Below, one piece after another: positions 1 to 8,740 of a stretch of DNA of 64,000 nt. The DNA lies in assembly GCA_045598105.1 (NCBI GenBank), contig JAZLLK010000049.1:38072-102071 (forward strand), in the 5' to 3' direction. The number at the start of each line of letters is the position of its first letter. The stretch's first letter is position 1. The position numbers and the translations under genes were made by a program. The notes below the pieces were generated by a model. It ran no database searches. It had not been told where the DNA came from and was given only the letters and a program-made list of their open reading frames with translations. The stretch is from Bacteroidales bacterium. Its GTDB lineage: Bacteria; Bacteroidota; Bacteroidia; Bacteroidales; WCHB1-69.

Positions 1-612
1 GAAACTCAATCATTTCATTGGCTTATATGTGATGCACATCGTAGTGTAATTTTGGAATTTATGGATAATAAAGCCCATTATGTAGAGGCCTCTTCTATAA
101 CGGAGCCCGGGTATGGTACCATTATGACCAATTTTACCAATAGTCTTATGGAATCAGGTATGATGCAAATAAACGGCATAGGTTATGAGCGGTATGATAT
201 ACTTTATGATAACTATAAAAATTATGATGCTTATCCTGATAACTTTGAAGGTATGCAAAATTTAATGAAGCAGGTATGGTTCTCCAATACATATACTATA
301 CCTATTGATTCTAAAGATATATGGCTTACTGAATTTGCTTCAGATAATTTACCTGCATCATTCCTGTATCATAATTATGATATTTTGCTTGACCCCGATC
401 TCTATAGTGCTTTACAGCAAGAAGTGAATGGTTTTAAAAACAAGGTGGGGTGGTTTACCGATGAATGTGCCTATTGGTTCTCCACTTATACCGCTGTGTA
501 TAACCTGACAAGTCTTAAGTTTCGTGTGTTGGCTCATGAAGGCAGAAGTGGCATGAAATCATATTATGAAGCTTCATTCAGCAGTCATTTTGCTAAGCCG
601 CTGGAACAATAA
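1..612 (+). CDS. Linear amide C-N hydrolase (choloylglycine hydrolase / Ntn family), C-terminal part; the 5' end lies outside the window
   Basis: Frame 1 is open from base 1 (ETQSFHWLICDAHRSVILEF precedes the listed Met). The H-W-x-x-x-D...S-V-I-x-E and G-x-x-MTN segments resemble this family. Recognised by eye only. Confidence 0.45.
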   Translation, partial: ETQSFHWLICDAHRSVILEFMDNKAHYVEASSITEPGYGTIMTNFTNSLMESGMMQINGIGYERYDILYDNYKNYDAYPDNFEGMQNLMKQVWFSNTYTIPIDSKDIWLTEFASDNLPASFLYHNYDILLDPDLYSALQQEVNGFKNKVGWFTDECAYWFSTYTAVYNLTSLKFRVLAHEGRSGMKSYYEASFSSHFAKPLEQ

Positions 613-633
613 GCGGGGGGGATAAGTATATCG

Positions 634-681
634 GAATGCCTTATTTTCTCGGTATAAATGTATCGGGTAAATAAGGCATTC
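634..681. other. Perfect 13-bp inverted repeat (GAATGCCTTATTT / AAATAAGGCATTC) with a 22-nt loop, just after a G7 tract
   Basis: Read directly. It lies 22 nt after the stop codon at 610-612. No U-run follows it. Confidence 0.5.
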
Positions 682-783
682 TGTTTAGGTGATATATATT
701 CGGCAGAATAATACGGAAACATAATTTTGCCTTTATCATTTTCTCATAATAAAATGTAGGAAAATAATATAGCTTTTGAATAT

Positions 784-826
784 AAAAGTAAAGCAGTTGT
801 CCGGAATTGACAACTGCTATTGTTTT
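784..826. terminator. Bidirectional Rho-independent terminator candidate between the hydrolase gene (+) and rluB (-)
   Basis: 9-bp stem GCAGTTGTC / GACAACTGC (793-801 / 809-817) with a 7-nt loop. A-rich on the left and T-rich on the right, so a U-run follows on either strand. Confidence 0.6.
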
Positions 827-903
827 ACAGATACTGATATTAGTAATTCTGTATCTATGAAAATGGGCAGTTTTTCCCCATTTATTGGGGATGAGTAGTT
901 TTA

Positions 904-2268
904 TTATAAGCTCATTTTGAGCATGTTGATTTCTGCTTGTGTTAAAAATCGGTATTGACCTCTTGGCAGGTCTTTTTTGGTAAGGCCTGCGTAGTAAACT
1001 CTATCCAATTTTTCCACTTCATATCCTAAATGGCCAAACATACGTCTTACTATACGATTTTTGCCCGAATGCAGGGTAATACCTAATACATTGCGTTGTT
1101 CACCTACAAATTCAAGTTCATCGGGTTTAATAAACCCGTCATATAGTTCTATTCCGTTCGCCAATGTTTCAAAATCACTCAGGGTCATGTTTTTATCCAA
1201 TTCAACCTGATATATTTTTTTTATTTCAAATTTCGGGTGAGTGAGTTTTTTTGTCATTTCGCCATCATTGGTGAAAAGCAACAAGCCGGTGGTATTCCTA
1301 TCCAAACGACCCACGGGGTATATCCTTTCGGGGCATACACCTTCTACCAATGACATTACGCTATTGCGGTCTCTTTCGTCTTCGGTGGTGGTAATAAAGT
1401 CTTTAGGCTTGTTTAAAAGCAAATATACGGGCTTTTCTCTTTGAAGTATTTTGTCTTCATATCGTACTTCGTCAGTGGGCATTACTTTGGTGCCCAGTTC
1501 ACTTACTATTACACCATTCACTTTAATGGCACCGGCTATAATAAGGTTATCGGCTTCTCTACGGGAACAAATACCGCTATTGGATATGTATTTATTCAGG
1601 CGTATAGGGCCTCTTTCTTCATTCCATGCCAAGGACAGTACCTTAGGCTTACGCTCGCTATAGCGGCCTTCTTTATGTCTGTGGTTGATAATTTCTTCTA
1701 ATATTTCCGACTTTTGAGCGGGTGTTTTGCCCATATTTTTATCATAGCGTGGCCTGCGTTCGCCATAGTTGTGTCCGCGGCGTTCTTCGCCGTAAGAACG
1801 TTCGCCTTGCTCGTGGTCATTATAGCGGGAACGGCGTTCATTACGATCCGAATTGTCGGAAAATGCTCTGTAGCGACCTTGGTCTTCTCTATCTTCCCTG
1901 TTATAGCGTCTTCTTTTGTCCTCTTTTTCGTTTCGGTGATATGGTTTGCGGTAGCCTGTATCATCACGGCGGACTTTGTTATTATGATAGGATGAATATT
2001 CCTGATTTTCAGCTGTTATATCGGTGGATTCGGCAGCTGTGCCAAATTTACGCATGCGACGTTCTTTACGTGATTTAGTTAAAAAACCGAATTTTTCAGT
2101 GAAAAACGACCTGCGGGCTTCTCTTTTGTTCCCGGTAGTGTCAAATGTAAATGGTGAGGATGATTTTCTCTCTTGGGCGTGTGTGCTATTTGAGCGGCTG
2201 CCTCTTTGTTCTTTACCTGCGAATGATTCGCTACGACGGTTTTTACCGTAATTTTTATTTGCTTCCAT
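904..2268 (-). CDS. rluB: Pseudouridine synthase (RluB/RsuA family) with S4 domain and a ~215-aa Arg/Glu/Lys-rich N-terminal extension
   Basis: S4 motif RLNKYISNSGICSRREAD and catalytic motif GRLDRNTTGLLLFTNDG. ATG at 2268. The N-terminal third is low-complexity (RR, ER and RY repeats). Confidence 0.85.
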   Translation of the reverse strand: MEANKNYGKNRRSESFAGKEQRGSRSNSTHAQERKSSSPFTFDTTGNKREARRSFFTEKFGFLTKSRKERRMRKFGTAAESTDITAENQEYSSYHNNKVRRDDTGYRKPYHRNEKEDKRRRYNREDREDQGRYRAFSDNSDRNERRSRYNDHEQGERSYGEERRGHNYGERRPRYDKNMGKTPAQKSEILEEIINHRHKEGRYSERKPKVLSLAWNEERGPIRLNKYISNSGICSRREADNLIIAGAIKVNGVIVSELGTKVMPTDEVRYEDKILQREKPVYLLLNKPKDFITTTEDERDRNSVMSLVEGVCPERIYPVGRLDRNTTGLLLFTNDGEMTKKLTHPKFEIKKIYQVELDKNMTLSDFETLANGIELYDGFIKPDELEFVGEQRNVLGITLHSGKNRIVRRMFGHLGYEVEKLDRVYYAGLTKKDLPRGQYRFLTQAEINMLKMSL

Positions 2269-2349
2269 TGCTATTACTTGTTTGTCTCTACGACAACATA
2301 TTGAAATTATGTATATTACTATTATTGTTTAGAACTTATATCAAAACTG

Positions 2350-2357
2350 CAAATGTA
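2350..2357 (-). promoter_or_regulatory. Bacteroidota -7 box TACATTTG upstream of rluB
   Basis: CAAATGTA on the plus strand equals TAnnTTTG on the minus strand, ~82 nt upstream of the ATG at 2268. Confidence 0.5.
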
Positions 2358-2414
2358 TAATTTTTTTTAATACCATAGGTCTGTTAAAATGTTTTTTTTG
2401 TTTATTGTGTGGTA

Positions 2415-3542
2415 TTATTCAAAATGGATAATCATTATTTCGGAAGAAGGAACGCCTATGCGGTAGAGCGGCCCCCATATGCCGACGCCGGAACTTACAC
2501 ACATCCATGTATTTTGTATAAGTTTGCAGCCGTATCCCATATCGTTTGCTGCATTAATAGCGTATGAAAGTGGCCAAAACTGACCGGCATGGGTATGTCC
2601 CGAAAATTGAAAGTAAACATGATGGCTACATACCTCGCGGTAGCTGTTAGGCTGGTGGTCTATCATAAGTGTAGGAAGGGTGGTATTGGCCTGTTTTAGC
2701 AGTTGGCTTACAGGGAGTCTGTCAGTATCTGTTTTATCTTTTCTTCCTATGAGTTGTGCTTGCGACGGGAGCGTTATTATGCTATCTTCCAGTATATTAA
2801 ACTCGCATTCCTGTAATAATTCTTTTGCTTTTTCATAGTCGGAGTAGTGTTCATGGTTGCCGCATACGGCCCACACCCCCCATGGCGCCTGTATTTTTTT
2901 TAGTTCATCAATAACTTGTGGTTGCATATATTGGTCAAATCCTTTATCTACCAAGTCTCCACCTGTTATTACTATATGAGGGTGTGCGTTATTGATGGCT
3001 TGCACGCAGGCTTGAGTTTGGGTAAGGCCTATTTGTGCACTCAGGTGCAAATCACTAAATGCCACCATGGTAAATGGTCGCGTATGCGGATATTGTTTTA
3101 GTAGGGGAATGTGTATGTGAGTGGATTGTATATGTGTGAACTTATAGTGCCCTACGTATAGCAGCGTAGTGAGTATAAGAGCTAACGTGCCCAATGGAAT
3201 CCATGGGTACCGGTGTAGTAGTGCCGGCAATGGCGACTGAAAATGGTACAATATACATATAATAATATGGTATAATAGTACAAGTAGTGTGCCATAGAGC
3301 AGTATGGGCAGCCATGTATAGCAGGTATTAAGCCATAAGGCTTGCCATGAAACCTGTTTAAACGATATAAAGAATGACAAAAAAGGAAGTACTGACCATA
3401 TGCATAATAGGGTAACAAGTATGCGTTTTCCCCACGTTCGGTGATGTAATTCATGCCCTATATGGCTGATGAAAAATACGCAGGCACCTATATATATAAG
3501 CAACATGAGCAGTAAAATGAGTATATGTATCGGCTTGTGCAT
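2415..3542 (-). CDS. Membrane-anchored metallophosphoesterase (calcineurin-like, YkuE-type)
   Basis: N-terminal half is polytopic and hydrophobic. C-terminal half carries SDLH, GGDLVD, GNHE and GHTH metallophosphoesterase motifs. Confidence 0.8.
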   Translation of the reverse strand: MHKPIHILILLLMLLIYIGACVFFISHIGHELHHRTWGKRILVTLLCIWSVLPFLSFFISFKQVSWQALWLNTCYTWLPILLYGTLLVLLYHIIICILYHFQSPLPALLHRYPWIPLGTLALILTTLLYVGHYKFTHIQSTHIHIPLLKQYPHTRPFTMVAFSDLHLSAQIGLTQTQACVQAINNAHPHIVITGGDLVDKGFDQYMQPQVIDELKKIQAPWGVWAVCGNHEHYSDYEKAKELLQECEFNILEDSIITLPSQAQLIGRKDKTDTDRLPVSQLLKQANTTLPTLMIDHQPNSYREVCSHHVYFQFSGHTHAGQFWPLSYAINAANDMGYGCKLIQNTWMCVSSGVGIWGPLYRIGVPSSEIMIIHFE

Positions 3543-3570
3543 GGTAAGTTTTTTGTGTGAAATATGTTTT

Positions 3571-4347
3571 TTAATTGCCTATGGTTTTACGTGAATTGTT
3601 TATAGTTTTATTTATGTAAATCGTGTAGTACCCGTTTTTTTTATTCAAAGCATATAATAGTCCGCTATATACCGAGCCTATTTCATAATTGTATGTGCCT
3701 AATCGTATGGTATTCAGGTGTTCGGCTCTCAGTTGGTCACGGTGGGCATTTATTTCTTTTTCTGCCATGTTGGCCGCGTCAAGGTCTATGTTATTATAAT
3801 TAGATTGCAAGTCGGAATTCATTATTTCCAATGTTTTTTGTACCGGCAGGTGCATAGTATTAAGGTTGTTTTTAAGGTGCCGGTCAAAATGGATGGCTGT
3901 TCCCAATTTGTTTTTGCGGTATATGGCTATTGGGTATATGGCATTGCCTATACTTTCCAAATTATCAATTATTTTCAGCATGGAGCTGATATGTCGAAAC
4001 CCGTCTTTTGACAGGTCGCCTTCCGATACTATGGTGAGGAAGTTAGCTATTTCATATTCCATGCGGTTGGTAATAGTTTCATGCTTATGTATGCGGTCAA
4101 AATATTTGTTGAATTTTTTTTCATCCCCTGCATTCTTCAACGGCTTTAAAAAAGTAAACATGCGTAGTCCCCGTTCGGAAAAGTTTTCTATCTTATGATG
4201 GGCACTTCGTATATTCGGTTCAGACGTGTTGGTATAGCCTTCGGATATAAATTTCATACATTCACACATGAGCTTCATGCTATATATAAATACGCCTACG
4301 GCACCGGCATACTTGAGAATGATGATGAAACTGTTATAAAAATTCAT
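3571..4347 (-). pseudogene. Na/Pi-cotransporter family remnant: N-terminal helix fused to the C-terminal PhoU-like domain, with the transmembrane core missing
   Basis: AGAVGVFIYSMKLM resembles the family N-terminus (GLGLFLYGMKLMS). The rest resembles the cytoplasmic PhoU-like tail (NRMEYEIANFLTIVSEGDLSKDG, ESIGN). It is 258 aa versus about 550-600 aa expected. Confidence 0.55.
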
Positions 4348-4406
4348 TTTAAATTATTGATAATTAGATGCTCGTGTGTTATTAAAACCTGTAATAACAA
4401 CAAATG

Positions 4407-4414
4407 CAAAGATA
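4407..4414 (-). promoter_or_regulatory. -7 box TATCTTTG upstream of the Na/Pi remnant and metallophosphoesterase unit
   Basis: CAAAGATA on the plus strand, 60 nt upstream of the ATG at 4347. Confidence 0.55.
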
Positions 4415-4524
4415 GTCAGTTTATAAACCGAAAGCGGAAAAAAGACGTTTTTCTTAAAGTTTAATTGTTATATTATTGAAAATGAATATCATGAGTTTGA
4501 TAATGGCATAAAAGTAGTATGTAT

Positions 4525-4553
4525 AAAAAAGAGGGCTGAAAGTGCCCTCTTTT
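4525..4553 (-). terminator. Rho-independent terminator of tnaA (usable in both directions)
   Basis: AGAGGGC / GCCCTCT stem with a 7-nt loop. An A6 run on the plus side gives a U6 tail on the minus strand. It lies 26 nt past the tnaA stop. Confidence 0.75.
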
Positions 4554-4578
4554 AAGTTGTATATAACATTAGGGTATG

Positions 4579-5955
4579 TTATTTCAAGCGGCGGAACTGA
4601 CAGGTAAAGTGACGCATCAGTTCGGCTTCCCATGTAATTTCCAATCCGCGTTTAATGCTGTTTCTGCGGTCATATACGTTCTTTAATGCTGCAGCTATTA
4701 CATCCATGTGGTTATTGGTGTAAACACGGCGAGGTATGCATAAACGTACAAAATCCAAACCGCCAAAACGGTTTTCACGGGTTACAGGATCTCTATCGGC
4801 TAATACATAACCTATTTCACAGGCACGAATACCGGCTTCCAAATATAATTCGCAGGTTAATGTTTGAGCCGGGAATTCTTCTTTAGGAATATTGGTTAAT
4901 ACTTTGTCGGCATCTACAAATATGGCGTGACCACCGGCAGGGCGTTGGTAAGGAATGCCATATTCATCTAATTTTCCGGCTAAGTAAGCCACCTGTTTAA
5001 TACGGGTTTCTATCATGGAAAATTCCAGGTTTTCTCTCAAACCTACAGCCAAAGCATCCATATCACGGCCGTTCATACCGCCATAAGTAAGAAATCCTTC
5101 GAAAGGAATACAGAATCTTTTGGCTCCTTCATACCAGTCTTCTTTTCGGGTGGCTATAAAGCCGCCCATGTTTACCAAACCGTCTTTTTTAGCTGACATG
5201 GTCATGCTGTCAGCATAGGAGAACATTTCTTTGGCAATTTCGGCAATGGTTTTATTGGCATAACCTTCTTCACGGGTTTTAATGAAATAAGCATTTTCAA
5301 TAAAACGGGCGGAATCCATATTTACGGGAACACCATATTTGTGACACAGTTCACAGGTTTCACGAATGTTTTTCATGCTTACCGGCTGACCGCCAACGGT
5401 GTTATTAGTAACGGTTAATACCATGAAAGGAATATTTCCCTTGTGCTCTTTTAATACTTTTTCCAGCTTTTCCAAGCCTACATTACCCTTAAACGGAACT
5501 TCCAATTGGGTGTCATGTGCTTCATCACAGGTAACATCTATTGCAAATGCTTTACGGCTTTCAATATGGCCTTTGGTAGTGTCAAAGTGGGCGTTACCGG
5601 GTATAATCATACCGGGCTTAACCAGATAGGAAAATAATACGTTTTCTGCAGCACGACCCTGGTGAGTGGGTATTACATATTCAAAACCGGTAATGTCGGT
5701 AATGGTGTTTTTCATGTTGAAGAAACTGCGGGCACCTGCATAGCTTTCATCACCAAGCATCATGGCACTCCATTGTTTATCACTCATGGCGCCTGTACCT
5801 GAGTCAGTACACAAGTCAATGTAAACCTGTTCTGATTTCAACATGAAAATGTTGTTGTGGGCTTCTTCCAGCCATTTTTCTCTTTCTTCTCTGGTGGATT
5901 TTTTAATGGGTTCAACCATTTTTATTTTCCACGCTTCTGCAAATGGTAATTCCAT
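4579..5955 (-). CDS. tnaA: Tryptophanase (beta-eliminating lyase family; tyrosine phenol-lyase not excluded)
   Basis: Full-length match by eye to the tryptophanase pattern: N-terminus FAEAWKIKMVEPI, DSGTGAMSDKQW, and the PLP-lysine region SAKKDGLVNMGGF. Confidence 0.85.
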   Translation of the reverse strand: MELPFAEAWKIKMVEPIKKSTREEREKWLEEAHNNIFMLKSEQVYIDLCTDSGTGAMSDKQWSAMMLGDESYAGARSFFNMKNTITDITGFEYVIPTHQGRAAENVLFSYLVKPGMIIPGNAHFDTTKGHIESRKAFAIDVTCDEAHDTQLEVPFKGNVGLEKLEKVLKEHKGNIPFMVLTVTNNTVGGQPVSMKNIRETCELCHKYGVPVNMDSARFIENAYFIKTREEGYANKTIAEIAKEMFSYADSMTMSAKKDGLVNMGGFIATRKEDWYEGAKRFCIPFEGFLTYGGMNGRDMDALAVGLRENLEFSMIETRIKQVAYLAGKLDEYGIPYQRPAGGHAIFVDADKVLTNIPKEEFPAQTLTCELYLEAGIRACEIGYVLADRDPVTRENRFGGLDFVRLCIPRRVYTNNHMDVIAAALKNVYDRRNSIKRGLEITWEAELMRHFTCQFRRLK

Positions 5956-6157
5956 AATTTGTATGTTTTTGTTAATATTATATTGCTTGAGTAATGCTCA
6001 TTAGTGGTGTAAAAATGCATATACAGGCTTATATGAATTGTTTTTTACTTATCATTAATGCCTTAATATGCGAAATTCTTTTCTTCTGAATTTCACATAT
6101 TTCTGCAGCATTTTAGCCTTTTTGCTGTATTTTGCACCGGCTCTTTTGCATTTGCGT

Positions 6158-6165
6158 CAAAGTTA
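6158..6165 (-). promoter_or_regulatory. Candidate -7 box TAACTTTG for tnaA (implies a ~200-nt leader)
   Basis: CAAAGTTA on the plus strand. This is the only TAnnTTTG match I found on the minus strand between 5956 and 6531. Confidence 0.35.
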
Positions 6166-6273
6166 CTACATTTTTTTTAAATAATCAAGTTATTATTATA
6201 TTTTTTGTAAAAAAAAGAAAAATCAAGGTTTTTTTTGAATTTATCCCGAATATCCGGACTAAAAGCATATATG

Positions 6274-6315
6274 TGAAAATAATAGTTATGTGCTGAAAAT
6301 AATATAGTTATATGT
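6274..6315. repeat. Imperfect tandem duplication TGAAAATAATAGTTATGTGC / TGAAAATAATATAGTTATATGT
   Basis: Read directly. Adjacent 20-nt and 22-nt copies in the tnaA/tlpA divergent spacer. Confidence 0.7.
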
Positions 6316-6452
6316 TTTGTTTGTGAATAACTTTTCCTGTTTTTTGTTAAAAACAATTGAAAAAAGAAAAGCAGAAAAAATATTTGTGAAAAGAAAAAAA
6401 TGAAAATGGCGAGTATTTTGTATATATATGTAGGTGGTATTGATTTTTTTTG

Positions 6453-6460
6453 TACCTTTG
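6453..6460 (+). promoter_or_regulatory. -7 box TACCTTTG for the tlpA-to-lpxB gene string
   Basis: Exact TAnnTTTG, 72 nt upstream of the ATG at 6532. Confidence 0.65.
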
Positions 6461-6531
6461 TCAATTGAAATTCCGGCAGGTGAAAAGCCTGTTAGGTGCT
6501 GAAAATAAGTATTAATTATAAAGAATGTAAC

Positions 6532-7044
6532 ATGAAAAAATTAGTATTTGCAGCTTTGTTAGCTTGTGTATGTATGAGTGTCATGTGTCAGGAAGGTATA
6601 TCCGGCAGGGTTATACCATTGCCTTTGGTAGATATTAAAACACTGGATGGTAATGCGTTCAATACTAAAAATATTAAAAATGACGGCAAGCCGGTGATTA
6701 TATGTTTTTTTGCCACATGGTGTAAGCCCTGCATGGCGGAATTAAAGAATATATCTGATGAGTATGAGGATTGGCAGGACGAAACCGGAGTAAAATTATA
6801 TGCCGTGTCAATAGATGATACACGTTCCAGTTCCAGAGTGGCTCCTTTGGTAAAGGGGCAGGGCTGGGAGTATGAATTTTTGTTGGATGAGAATTCCGAT
6901 TTTAAGCGTGCCATGAATGTGAATGATATTCCGCACACCTTTGTGTTGGATGGCGAAGGTAATATAGTATGGCAGCATGCTTCCTATGCACCCGGAGTGG
7001 AGCAGGAATACATAGAAGTGGTTAAAAAGCTTATAGCCAAATAG
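6532..7044 (+). CDS. TlpA-family periplasmic thiol-disulfide oxidoreductase (thioredoxin fold)
   Basis: Signal peptide MKKLVFAALLACVCMSVMCQ and active site FFATWCKPC. The track ORF begins at a GTG at 6496; the ATG at 6532 gives the signal peptide. Confidence 0.85.
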   Translation: MKKLVFAALLACVCMSVMCQEGISGRVIPLPLVDIKTLDGNAFNTKNIKNDGKPVIICFFATWCKPCMAELKNISDEYEDWQDETGVKLYAVSIDDTRSSSRVAPLVKGQGWEYEFLLDENSDFKRAMNVNDIPHTFVLDGEGNIVWQHASYAPGVEQEYIEVVKKLIAK

Positions 7045-7047
7045 CAT

Positions 7048-8703
7048 ATGACAAAAAAAAGAATATTACTATTCTTATTATGTGCAGGTGTGTCCTTGTC
7101 GTTTGCACAAAATAATTTTTTGAAGAATAGTCGCATATCAGGTAATTTCCAAACGGACGCCCAGTATTATATACCCAATGCTGCCATAGGTGCCGATACG
7201 GTAGAAAACAAGGTGAGAGCCAATGCGTATTTGAACCTTAATTACTCTAATGGAGGATTTTCAGCCGGCTTTAGGTATGAGTTTTATAAGTATCCTTTAA
7301 TTGATTTTGAAAAGTTGAACTATGTGGGGCATGGTATTCCGCATTATTATGCCGGCTATAACCACGAGTATTTTGAAGTGGTGGTAGGCAGTTTTTATGA
7401 ACAATTCGGTAACGGGCTCATATACCGTTCGTATGAAAATCGTAATTTGGGTTATGACAATGCTACTAATGGTATTAAGGTGGTAGGTAAGCCGTATAAG
7501 GGTATTACCATTACCGGAATATGGGGTACGCAGCGTAACCTGTTTGTAAAAGAAGGTGAAATACGGGGTGCAGACTTGGATTTATCGTTCACCGATATGA
7601 TAGATAAAATTAAAACCAGCGGTTTCCGCTTTGGTATGGGTGGCAGTTTTGTATCCAAATATGAAAAAGATAATGACGCTGATTATTATCTTCCTCAAAA
7701 TGTAGCTGCATGGGCGGCCCGTATGAATTTCGGATATAAGGATTTTAATATCAATGCCGAGTATGCTTATAAGTTTAATGATCCGGGTTCCCTTAATAAT
7801 ATGATATATAAGCCGGGAGAGGCCTTGTTTGTTACTGCTTCTTATGCCATGAAGGGTTTGGGAGTATATATTACGGGTATGCGTACCGATAATATGGACT
7901 ATCGTACTAAGCGTAATGCCGTAAGTAATAATAATATTATCAATTATATACCTACTATTACCCGAGAGCACACTTATGCATTGCCTTCTATGTATCCTTA
8001 TGCATCGCAGGCCTTAGGCCAAATGGGTTTTCAGGCACAGGTGAATTACCAGATACCTAAAAAGACCAAAATAGGCGGTAAGTACGGCACCGATATTATG
8101 CTGAACTATTCCCGTATGCATGGTATAAAGCAGCAAATGGTAGCGGAAGCGGTGGAAAACGGCGGTGATATGGCCGGTACCGACGGCTATACATCTAAGT
8201 TTTTTGCCTTTGGCGATTTATATTATCAGGATTTTAATATAGAAATAAGCCGTAAATTTACTAAGGCCTGGAAATTGGCCTTGTCGTATGTGTTTCTTAC
8301 CTACAATCAGTCTGTAATAGAAGGTCATGTGGGGGAACCTGATGTGAATTCACACACGGTAATAGCTGATTTAACGTATAAAATAAACAATAAGCATGCT
8401 CTAAGGCTGGAATTGCAGCACATGTATGCTAAGGAACATAAGGGAAGTTGGGCCTATGCCCAACTGGAATACACCATAGCACCCAAATGGTTTATATCCG
8501 TATTAGACCGCTGGAATTATGGTAATCCTGATCCATCCAAACGAATACATTACTACATGGTGTCAGGGTCCTTTGTGTATAAAACCACCAAGGTTACTCT
8601 TAATTTTGGCAAGCAATATGAAGGAATATTGTGCGTGGGCGGAGTGTGCAGGGCTGTGCCTGCCTCCTATGGTGTAGGCTTATCGGTGGTAACAAGTTTT
8701 TAA
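7048..8703 (+). CDS. Outer-membrane beta-barrel protein, DUF6029-like
   Basis: Signal peptide ending SFAQ, alternating aromatic beta-strand pattern, and C-terminal ...CVGGVCRAVPASYGVGLSVVTSF with a terminal Phe. Starts 3 nt after the tlpA stop. Confidence 0.6.
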   Translation: MTKKRILLFLLCAGVSLSFAQNNFLKNSRISGNFQTDAQYYIPNAAIGADTVENKVRANAYLNLNYSNGGFSAGFRYEFYKYPLIDFEKLNYVGHGIPHYYAGYNHEYFEVVVGSFYEQFGNGLIYRSYENRNLGYDNATNGIKVVGKPYKGITITGIWGTQRNLFVKEGEIRGADLDLSFTDMIDKIKTSGFRFGMGGSFVSKYEKDNDADYYLPQNVAAWAARMNFGYKDFNINAEYAYKFNDPGSLNNMIYKPGEALFVTASYAMKGLGVYITGMRTDNMDYRTKRNAVSNNNIINYIPTITREHTYALPSMYPYASQALGQMGFQAQVNYQIPKKTKIGGKYGTDIMLNYSRMHGIKQQMVAEAVENGGDMAGTDGYTSKFFAFGDLYYQDFNIEISRKFTKAWKLALSYVFLTYNQSVIEGHVGEPDVNSHTVIADLTYKINNKHALRLELQHMYAKEHKGSWAYAQLEYTIAPKWFISVLDRWNYGNPDPSKRIHYYMVSGSFVYKTTKVTLNFGKQYEGILCVGGVCRAVPASYGVGLSVVTSF

Positions 8704-8740
8704 TACTCTAGTATAAAGCAAAACAGAAACATACTATAAA

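Noticed and set aside
5956-6165. Search for a TnaC-like leader peptide in the putative 200-nt tnaA leader.
   Set aside because: Only three tiny ORFs are present (MQKSRCKIQQKG, MLQKYVKFRRKEFRILRH, MSITQAI). None contains Trp or resembles TnaC, so there is no support for E. coli-type attenuation.
6177-6464. 95-aa minus-strand ORF (Phe/Lys/Ile-rich) in the tnaA/tlpA spacer.
   Set aside because: It is a translation of poly-A/T tracts and overlaps the tlpA promoter box. There is no promoter or plausible protein features.
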